Below, in pieces: positions 23,715 through 32,669 of a DNA stretch of 35,057 nt (the first letter of the stretch is position 1; every line of letters starts with the position of its first letter). Made by a program: the position numbers and the translations under genes. Below the pieces are notes generated by a model that had not been told where the DNA came from, searched no databases, and saw only the letters and a program-made list of their open reading frames with translations. Origin of the DNA: Tubiluchus corallicola (lineage: Eukaryota > Animalia > Priapulida); contig JAQGDQ010001550.1 in NCBI GenBank assembly GCA_030141605.1, positions 1 through 35,057 on the forward strand, read 5' to 3'.

Positions 23715-24319
23715 TTAAAGGAAGACCGGACGATTGTTTAGACTCAATCTCATTTTATTTTACTGTCCAAAATATACATTTTCTTGCCTATAAAAGTTAT
23801 CAATTGTTTCTAATATTTGAATAATTAGCTTATAAAGTTAATTAACGGCAACTGAACACAGCAATTGCTTATGTCAGAAACTAACCACAGTTTGTGCAAT
23901 GGCAGGCACCTTCCCTTGCGCATCAAGCACGTTTGCGTAATTGTTACTGCTTAAACGCATTATGTCACGAAAAATGGGCTTTACATCATATGACGTCAGA
24001 AACTAACACAGCAGTTCATGAGCATCGTTATCACGGTACCGCCTTCTATTTATCGGCCACGCGAATGTGACAAAAAGGCGCCGCTGCCAATCTCAGTGGA
24101 TTCACCGAGCAGCGCGTAGCTTTGAAAGTTTAATGAAATTTGAGTATCAGAGGTAATTATTATTTAATCTAAGCTTTGATTTAAAAAAAGCTATTGTAGT
24201 TTTCAATATTTTACAGCATTCTTTATTCTGAACTAATGTTTACACAATCGTTACTAAAACGATACGGTCATGATAAAAAATAATGTGTGGTTCTATGTAA
24301 TAGAATTAAGCAGCTTTAA
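23715..24319 (+). mobile_element. Kolobok-like non-autonomous element
   Basis: TTAA|AGGAAGACCGG start and candidate end AAGCAGCT|TTAA. The internal ~470 bp is repeated at 26353-26822. Confidence 0.55.
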
Positions 24320-24339
24320 AGGACAAGAAAAGGATTACC

Positions 24340-24415
<76 letters not shown>

Positions 24416-25286
24416 AAGTCTTTATTAGTCTCTTTTTGCGGGCAAAAATATCTGTACTAATATTTTACAATTTTACATAGACACTATACAGAGTGAATTC
24501 TACTATATTACATTTACGGATTCTGTAATTAGCTTTTCTAATTTGTACGTATAACATTTCTTACAGTGATATTAAACAAGAAGTATTGAAGTGCGTGCTA
24601 AAATCAAGGTTATTAATGCAGCAAGTTTCCTGTAAAGTAACATAAAAATGCAGATAAAAATGCAGATGTGTGTTTAACTCTTGTTACAACAACATTTTGA
24701 CTCTGTAGTTTCAATAACAGAGATGAGAGTGCCTAGACAATGCCTAAATTCATCAAAATTATTATCAGCTTCATAGGGAAAGTAAACATTAATTAATACA
24801 AGTGGCATTAACTTATCAGGAAATGAAAGAGAAATACCCATTACTCTGCATTCGTCATCATAGGTTAGTATTTTGCTGGTAACAGGAAGAGTTTTTCGCC
24901 ATAAGATAGCCAAGCCTCCTTGTGGTCTACCATCTGGTATTCCTGTAGAGAAATCGGTTGGTGAAACTCCATGGCCATAGAATTCTGGGTGAATGCGTGA
25001 ATTCTGCCTGACTGACTGACTGATTGATTGATTGTCAGACTGACTGACTACCTGGCTGACAAACCAACTACTTTGTTACATCATCCATTTTTAAGTTGCT
25101 ACGTTGTATCAAAAATGTGGATGCAAACGACGATTACACTGGAACCGAACTTAACTCTACCTGAGTGACTGATCAGTACGGTAAATGCTAAATTGGATCA
25201 CTAATTTGATTCATGTAATCGTAGTTACGTCATGCAGTTAAGCATAATCGGTTTTCAGATTCACCCTGTTCTCTCCTGCAAGTTTC
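24340..25286 (-). mobile_element. APE-fragment LINE-derived element with (ATC)n tail, copy 2
   Basis: Reverse complement of 9935-10853 with few substitutions and a longer tail. Confidence 0.8.
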
Positions 25287-25766
25287 CCGTGAAATAACAT
25301 AAAAATGCAGATAAATTGATATACCAAAAGGCAGAGTCATGATTATAATGTCTGTTTCTTTGTAAATTCGCCAGTCCCTGGGAAATTTCGCGGCGTAGCA
25401 TCATCCCCCGCGCGGAAACCTTGAATTCTTCGTTTTTCTACGACCAAACAATCTGTTTCGCATAAACGAGATAATCCCATCTACAGCGCCGCTGTATTTG
25501 CTGTACGGCGAGTTTTGCTTTCTTTTAAACACAGCCGCCCATTCGAACATTGTGCGCCGATAATTACTGTAAAGTTTGGGTTTTCAGTCGCTGATTCCAC
25601 TCTCGAATTCAAACAAGCGTCACGCAGATTTTTGAAATATTGACATGCGGCACGCAGAGCAGTAAGCGCGTAATTTTAATTATGGTTTAGCAAATTTGAG
25701 GGAAAATTGTTGTTTCCACTTCAGTTAAAGGAAAAAACGGGAATTTTGAAGCATGTAATAAAGACT

Positions 25767-25891
25767 GACAATGGCCGAATCACGTTGAAAACACCGGTTC
25801 TCGTCTGATCACCGAAGTTAAGCAACGTAGAGCCTGGTTAGTACTTGGATTGGATGGGTGACCGCCTAGGAATACCAGGTGCTGTAGGCTT
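25767..25891 (+). pseudogene. 5S rRNA-derived sequence (full length, mutated), head of a SINE3-like element
   Basis: ATCACGTTGAAAACACCGGTTCTCGTCTGATCACCGAAGTTAAGCAACG...GGGTGACCGCCTAGGAATACCAGGTGCTGTAGGCTT. It has a 5-nt TGGAT duplication, an altered 5' end and no oligo-T terminator. Confidence 0.9.
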
Positions 25892-26350
25892 GCGGGATGC
25901 CCACACTGTATCTCGACACTAGGCGGAGGAGCTGTACAAGCAGCCAACGGCTAGAGGGCAGAGGAGGTCAAGTTAGTACTTGGATGGGTGACCGCCTAGG
26001 AATACCAGGTGCTGTAGGCTTGCGGGATGCCCACACTGTATCGCGACACTAGGCGGAGGAGCTGTACAAGCAGCCAACGGCTAGAGGGCGGAGGAGGTCA
26101 AGTGACCCAACGGCCATGTGTAGAGGAGTAAACCTTCCAAATCAGGAGTGGAGCCCCGAACGCGGACCAGTGCAGCATGCTCACTGACTCCGGCAGCTCC
26201 TGCAGCCAACCTGGTGCCAAACGTATCGCTCTGCTTTCCTTTGGATTACACCAGGGAGGAAGAGAGGGGGTTCCTGCTGTCTGGGCAACTCAGGATCTCC
26301 ATATATCTTGCCCAGGCCTGCGTCCTGGAGAGGTCACTTAAGAACCAACC
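25767..26350 (+). mobile_element. 5S-headed SINE3-like element with an RTE-like body and an internal 130-bp duplication
   Basis: The 5S head is fused to a GC-rich body; 25838-25972 is duplicated at 25973-26102; the body is repeated at 15271; short AACC tail. RTE affinity is from recollection and not verified. Confidence 0.65.
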
Positions 26351-26352
26351 AA

Positions 26353-26822
26353 GCATTTTAATTTACTGTCCAAAATATATTTTTTCTTTCCTATAAAAGT
26401 TAGCAATTGTTTCTTATATTTGAATAATTAGCTTAGAAAGTTAATTAACGGTAACCGAACACAGTTATTGCTTACGTCAGAAACTAACCACAGTTTGTGC
26501 AATGGCAGGTATCTTCCCTTGCGCGTCAAGCACATTTGCGTAAGTGTTACTGCTTAAACGCATGATGTCACGAAAATGGGCTTTACATCATATGATGTCA
26601 GAAACTAACACAGCAGTTCATCGTTATCACGGTACCGTCTTCTATTTATCGGCCACGCGAATGTGACAAAAAAGCGCCGCTGCCAATCTTAGTAGATTCA
26701 CTGAGCCGCGTGTAGCTTTGAAAGTTTTACAAAATTTGAGTATCGGAGGTAAATATTATTTAATCTAAGCTTTGATTTAAGAAAGCTATTGTAGTTTTCA
26801 ATATTTTAGAGCATACTTTATT
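26353..26822 (+). mobile_element. Internal fragment of the Kolobok-like element at 23715
   Basis: Colinear, high similarity to ~23751-24227. Confidence 0.75.
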
Positions 26823-27013
26823 AAGCAAAAATTAAGATCGTAACTGAGAATTACTCGTACAGGGCGTTCCATTAAAGCTGCTCTGCAGAAAGCTAAAAGT
26901 GAAGACTAGTTGGGCGTAATTCTGCTTTGAGGGCCCACTGACTTTGATACCGTGAATGTATTTTAAATTTACATTAATTAATCTTTTTTATTACCATAAG
27001 TTAGATAGAACTA

Positions 27014-27529
27014 CAGTGTTCCCTCGCTACTTCGCGGTTTGTTTATCGCGGACTCGCTGTTTCGCGGGTTTTTGCGGTACTCGGTCTAAAGTATTTTTGC
27101 ACATGCGTAGTACGTATTGTACAGTAATGTATGTTTTGATGAATTTTGCATAAAAAGCACAACATGTATAAAAATACGTTAAAAATATTAATTCTAACAG
27201 TAAAATTACCATTTACAGTAAATGGTGTATTTATTCGGCGGATGAATACACACCAAAAACGAAATGTAGTACTTGCGCCCGCTTGAGATGCTACTTGCCG
27301 ACGTGAGATTGTACACAACACACGATTGGTTGATTGATGGTAAGTTTTTTAAAAGGTACATGTACAGTATGGGAACAGTTATTAAGGGAAAGGGTTATGT
27401 ATAAGAATGTGGGCAGGGTTTATAAAGACTTAAAATAATGTATAACTACTAAAATAAGTATAGCGTCCCTACTTCGCGGAAATTCACTTATACTGGAACG
27501 GAACACCCGAGATAAGTGAGGGAACACTG
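27014..27529. mobile_element. pogo/Tigger-like MITE
   Basis: TA TSD; TIRs CAGTGTTCCCTC(G/A)CT; repeated TCGCGG subterminal motifs. Confidence 0.88.
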
Positions 27530-27705
27530 TATTGAGTTACGTAATACCTATTTATATAACCACAGTAATATGTCTATTAAACCACTGAGCAAAGCAACTT
27601 ACAAAAGACAAGGAAAAATTAGACTTAAGAACAATATAGATCGGAACAAAGAAACCACATGTATGTGGTATACAATGTTTACACAGTCATCCGGTTTTCC
27701 TCTAA

Positions 27706-28152
27706 CCCTTTCATACCAGTTGTATCCCGTGGGATACGGGAATATTTTCTGCCTTTAAAATTAATAAAATTTTAAAACTGACAGTCATTTGATCTGTTAA
27801 TAGTTACTTTGATTTAAGCCAATAACAATAGACTAAATATGGTGATAAACTAGAAAATCTACATAGCATAAAAACTGCGCAAGGTACAGTACCTCAGAGA
27901 CGACTTTGTACAGATCAGCATAGCAGGCATACTAAATGTCTTAAATACTTTAAAAAATTATCAGCAGTTGCAAAATGAAGCACATTTTATGCTTCCATTG
28001 AATCCCAATGTATCCTGTGGGATACAGGCTATATTTACCACACGGGTACAGGTAGAAAAAAATAATTATGTGTAAACAAGATGAACATACTGAACAAAAG
28101 TACCAAGCCAAAAATGTTTTCTTATTAAAAAAATAATTTGGGACTGAAAGGG
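27706..28152 (+). mobile_element. piggyBac-like MITE, copy 2
   Basis: CTAA|CCCTTTCATACC...GGACTGAAAGGG|TTAA. Confidence 0.9.
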
Positions 28153-28275
28153 TTAAGTTTTGTTACTGAAATGTGTTTTCTTCAGCTTTATGCATTTCTA
28201 TTCATCTTCTCTCAGTTACTTAGCTGGCGGTGACCATAAAGAGAAGACCTTCCCGGAACTCATGAAAGTTCACAA

Positions 28276-28355
28276 CCAATAAAAGTGACAATGTATTAAT
28301 AATAACCACGCATTTGCCATTGTTGCATTGTGCGCCGTTCTAAATGCCCTATAAA
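28276..28355 (+). promoter_or_regulatory. Candidate Pol II core promoter
   Basis: CCAAT (28276-28280) and TATAAA (28350-28355) in canonical spacing, ~150 bp upstream of the ATG. Motif evidence only. Confidence 0.4.
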
Positions 28356-28505
28356 GTCTCAAAGTTCCAAACGGTTTCTTCTAGATCTGGGGACTGGTAC
28401 GTTTGTGGAAGAAACTGTCATTTTCTCATATGTAACGTTCCACTAACTCGTCGGTTCTTTGCAACTCAGCTTTGAGCTCATTTTAAATCTGACTCGAGAA
28501 ATAGT

Positions 28506-30779
28506 ATGCTCGAGAAAACAAAGAAGCTGGGTTTATGCGTAGATTTGCTATGTTTCATTCTGACAAGTGTAAATTGCAGAGTATGGAACCTAAAGTTTCC
28601 AGATAATGTTCAAACGATGCATCCCTATAAAGAAGAAAGCCAACGTTTAAATCTTCCTGCTCAAAACATGTCGATTATAGGAGATCCGCTGCTGTATAGA
28701 GACAACGGCTCCGACTCACTACCTAGAGAAATCTGTTTCACGCCCAATAGCACTGACGCTGATAGAAAATTGTACTTTGGCTTGGGTAACAGGGACCTCA
28801 GATGTAACGAAGACTATATTTTTGCCTACGCGGATGGCTTTGCAACGATGAAGGAAAATATCATTCTGTGCAACAGTAATGCAGTATATCTATTAGTTTT
28901 TAAATCCGACAAAACAACGTGCTTTAACTTTAAAAACTATGGAAAACAGACGAATCCTGCTTTTGAGTTAGTAGTGCTATACCTGTATCCCCCAAAGGAG
29001 TGTGAGTACTGTCCTTTAGATCATTCAAATTGTACTGAAATGTGGACTGACGCTGTGTCCTATAATTATTTTATTTGTCACTGTTATACGGATCCTATAC
29101 AATGGTATGGCGTCGACTGTAAAGATAAAAGGGACACGTGTTTTTCAAATCCATGTCAGAATTCTGGAACCTGCAATAACCACTACAGTTCTTTCAATTG
29201 CACCTGTCCAGATGGGTACCTAGGGGACTCTTGCGAAATAAGGGACTTTTGCAGAGACAAACCGTGCCAGAATTCTGGAATCTGCAATAACTACAACAGT
29301 TCCTTCAATTGCACCTGTCCAGATGGGTACCTGGGGGACGTTTGCGAAATAATGGACTTTTGCAGAGACAAACCGTGCCAGAACGGGGCAGCGTGCCTTA
29401 ATACGGGTAACTGGTACACGTGTTCTTGCAAACAGGGTTATCTTGGGAAGAACTGTAGCACGTTCAACGCATGCGCTTCGTTCCCCTGTCTGTACAGCGG
29501 AACTTGTACCATCGTCACGCCTAGCAATTCGTACAGATGCACGTGTCTGGAAGCGTTTTCGGGAAAGAACTGCGGCATACTGACTAAGAAGGGAAAGTGC
29601 ACTCCCAACAAGACATTGGATGCAAACAACTGTCCGACAGGAACGTGCAGCAAGGACAACGATTGTGGTGGGATTCAGAAATGCTGTGATTTCGGCTCAT
29701 GTGGAAAATACTGCACTCATCCACTGCCCCCACTTAGTCCCATTGTAAAACATGACGAACGGACATCCCTTGGTGCCTTAGCCAGTCTTGCCATCCTTTT
29801 AGCGTTTCTTTACGTGTTAGTATTATTGACAGGTTTGGTCATATTGTGTAAGCGGACACGGACTCGGTTAAAAATCGCGCCAGGTGAATCTGACACCAAT
29901 GAACAAGAATCTATAGCGTCCGGACGTCGCGCGCAGCAAACCCAGTGGACACGGACTCGGTCAAAAATCGCGCCAGTTGAACATGACACTAATGAACAAG
30001 AAACTCTAGCGTCCGGACGTCGCGCGCGGCAAACCCAGCGGCCACGGACTCGGTCAGAAATCACGCCAGTTGAACCTGACACCAATGAACAAGAAACTCT
30101 AGCGTCCAGACGTCGCGCACGGCAAACCCAGCCGCCACGGAGTCGGTCAAAAATTGCGCCAGTTGAACCTGACACCAATGAACAAGAAACTCTAGCGTCC
30201 AGACGTTGCGCGCGGCAAACCCAGCGGCCACGAACTCGGTCAAAAATCGCGCCAGTTGAACCTGACACCAGAGAACAAGAAACTATAGCATCCGGACGTC
30301 GCGCGCGGCAAACCCAGCGGCCACGGAGTCGGTCAGAAATCACGCCAGTTGAACATGACACCAATGAACAAGAAACTCTAGCGTCCGGACGTCACGCGTG
30401 GCAGACCCAGCGGCCACGGACTCGGTCAGAAATCACGCCAGTTGAACATGACACCAATGAACAAGAAACTATAGCATCCGGACGTCGCGCGTGGCAGACC
30501 CAGCGGCCACGGACTCGGTCAAAAAGCGCACCAGTTGAATCTGACACCAATGAACAAGAATCTATAGCGTCCGGACGTCGCGTGCGGCAAACACAGCGGC
30601 CACGGACTTGGTCAGAAATCACGCCAGTTGAACCTGACACCAATGAACAAGAAACTCTAGCGTCCGGACGTCACGCGCGGCAGACCCAACACGCCGTCTG
30701 TAAGTGCCTGATTTCAGATCCAACCTATAACGACTGTTTGCTTCTAACATCACAGCAACCCCATAAGATGATAGAGTAA
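28506..30779 (+). CDS. Type-I membrane protein: signal peptide, CUB-like domain, 5 EGF repeats, WAP domain, TM helix, 9x31-aa cytoplasmic repeats
   Basis: Uninterrupted 757-aa ORF. Hydrophobic N-terminus ending SVNC; C.EDY....DG...LC CUB-like pattern; four canonical 6-Cys EGF modules plus one atypical; KKGKC...CSKDNDCGGIQKCC...C...C (8 Cys); TM at aa ~422-448 followed by KR. The C-terminus may be spliced. Confidence 0.88.
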   Translation: MLEKTKKLGLCVDLLCFILTSVNCRVWNLKFPDNVQTMHPYKEESQRLNLPAQNMSIIGDPLLYRDNGSDSLPREICFTPNSTDADRKLYFGLGNRDLRCNEDYIFAYADGFATMKENIILCNSNAVYLLVFKSDKTTCFNFKNYGKQTNPAFELVVLYLYPPKECEYCPLDHSNCTEMWTDAVSYNYFICHCYTDPIQWYGVDCKDKRDTCFSNPCQNSGTCNNHYSSFNCTCPDGYLGDSCEIRDFCRDKPCQNSGICNNYNSSFNCTCPDGYLGDVCEIMDFCRDKPCQNGAACLNTGNWYTCSCKQGYLGKNCSTFNACASFPCLYSGTCTIVTPSNSYRCTCLEAFSGKNCGILTKKGKCTPNKTLDANNCPTGTCSKDNDCGGIQKCCDFGSCGKYCTHPLPPLSPIVKHDERTSLGALASLAILLAFLYVLVLLTGLVILCKRTRTRLKIAPGESDTNEQESIASGRRAQQTQWTRTRSKIAPVEHDTNEQETLASGRRARQTQRPRTRSEITPVEPDTNEQETLASRRRARQTQPPRSRSKIAPVEPDTNEQETLASRRCARQTQRPRTRSKIAPVEPDTREQETIASGRRARQTQRPRSRSEITPVEHDTNEQETLASGRHAWQTQRPRTRSEITPVEHDTNEQETIASGRRAWQTQRPRTRSKSAPVESDTNEQESIASGRRVRQTQRPRTWSEITPVEPDTNEQETLASGRHARQTQHAVCKCLISDPTYNDCLLLTSQQPHKMIE
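29859..30695 (+). repeat. 93-bp coding tandem repeat, 9 copies
   Basis: GGACTCGG recurs at 29860, 29953 and 30046; the frame is preserved in all copies. Confidence 0.95.
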
Positions 30780-32017
30780 CTTTTTGACTGCAGCCATGGA
30801 GCAACTATAGTTACTAGGTTATTAACTTTTTTTGCTACCGTTTTCTTTTCAAGCTCTTTTTCTGTGGGAACATGTCAAATCTAGTAATTAGTTACACATT
30901 CAAATGCAGTCTATTCTACCATTTTTTTTACTAAATTTTAAGTTAACGAAACGAAAGTTTGTTGCTGCAATAGTTTCATTAGGATAAACAAATTTGTCTT
31001 GAATTCTTTTGCAGTCATTTATTGCTTTTAAAATGAGCAAACGAGAAAAAATAAACCAAAAGAAAAACGTGCACAAAACACAATTCATTAGCAAGCGTGG
31101 TACAAGCCGCCATTTTTTCCATCATTGGTTGGTCTCGCATAGTTTAACCGTTCAGCGTGTTATGGAGTAATTAAATTTTTTCTACAGCTTTGTACATTTC
31201 AGTTTTGTATTCTAGCTCTTTTTCTGTAGGAATATGTCAAATTTAGTAAGTAGTTACTAAGCTAATAAAATAGTTTAGTAATCAGAAATAGGTGCTGCAC
31301 GGTAGTAAAGAAGCAACTCTTGTGAAACCACCGTGAAAAATAGGCAAAATTGATTATTATGTCAACAAGAGAAAGAATTATAGAAAAAACATAGAAATAA
31401 AGAGGGTAAAAGTGAACAAAAGGGAGGAAAAGCAAAATAGAAAGAGATCATTTTGTCCTAAAAAGGACACAATCTTGATTATGGACGCAATGTCGGTTAT
31501 GCCAAATTTTATTCAAATTTGTTTTTCGTCCATGTTCTCTTTGTTATCTTCATTGTTGTTAAAATGTTTTAATTAGATGTGCATCAGATAACAGTAAGAT
31601 AAATGAACACAAGCATTAAATTTTTGCATAGTTATTTTCTTTATTCCTTTAGCAATAGTTGTTTACGTATATAATGGTTGTATATGCAAAAAATTCTGTG
31701 ACTTCTGTTTCAGGATTTCGTTTAGCACAACAACACAACAACGCTGCAAGCGAAAAACACTAATGAGAACACTGGCTTTAGTTTTCAATTAATAGTAGTA
31801 GCTAAACTATCAGTAATAAGCAGCCTTTTAACAGCTGCGTTGTGCGCACGCGCAGTTGCTGTAGGTCATTAACATGTTTTAATTACAGACATTGCTGGAA
31901 CGCATAAGCACCATCTGCATTTACAAAAAAGATCTAAATTATTTCGCTATAATGTACGGTATTTCGGTATATGGTACAGGCTACACAACTGTTACTTAAC
32001 ATTCCGTAATAGTTTAA

Positions 32018-32473
32018 CCCTTTCATACCCGTTGTATCCCGTGGGATACGAGAATATTTTCTGCCTTTAAAATTAATAAAATTTTAAAACTGACAGTTAT
32101 TTGATCTGTTAATAGTTATTTTGATTTAAGCCAATAACAATAGACTAGAAATGGTGATAAAATGGCAAACTAGAAAATCTACATAGCATAAAAAACTGCG
32201 CAAGGTACAGTACTTTAGAGGCGACTTTGTACAGATCAGTATAGCGTGCATACTAAATGTCTTAAATACTTTAAAAAATTATCAGCAGTTGCAAAACGAA
32301 GCACATTTTATGCTTCCATTGAATCCCAATGTATCCCGTGGGATACAGGCTATATTTAGCACACGGGCACAGGTAGAAAAAAATAATTATGTGTAAACAA
32401 GATGAACATACTGAACAAAAGTACCAAGCCAAAAATGTTTTCTTATTAAAAAAATAATTTGGGACTGAAAGGG
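32018..32473 (+). mobile_element. piggyBac-like MITE, copy 3
   Basis: TTAA|CCCTTTCATACCC...GGGACTGAAAGGG|TTAA. Confidence 0.92.
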
Positions 32474-32669
32474 TTAAGTTTTGTTACTGAAATGTGTTTT
32501 CTTCAGCTTTATGCTTTTCTATTCATCTTCTCTCAGTTACTTAGTTGGCGGTGACCATAAAGAGAAGACCTTCCCCCGGAACTCATGAAAGTTCACAACG
32601 AATGTTGGCTAGCATTACACACTAATTCACAGTTAAGCTGATCCATCATTCACAGCATTGTGCGTGATC

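Noticed and set aside
25767-25891. Functional 5S rRNA gene
   Set aside because: It has a 5-nt insertion, an altered 5' end, no oligo-T terminator, and is fused to a repeat body.
28506-30779. Naming the gene Notch, Delta, crumbs or fibropellin
   Set aside because: No DSL, LNR, ankyrin, laminin-G or avidin domain is visible; only generic EGF similarity.
29438-30804. Antisense ORFs over the receptor gene
   Set aside because: They are shadows of the GC-rich coding repeats, with no independent domain signal.
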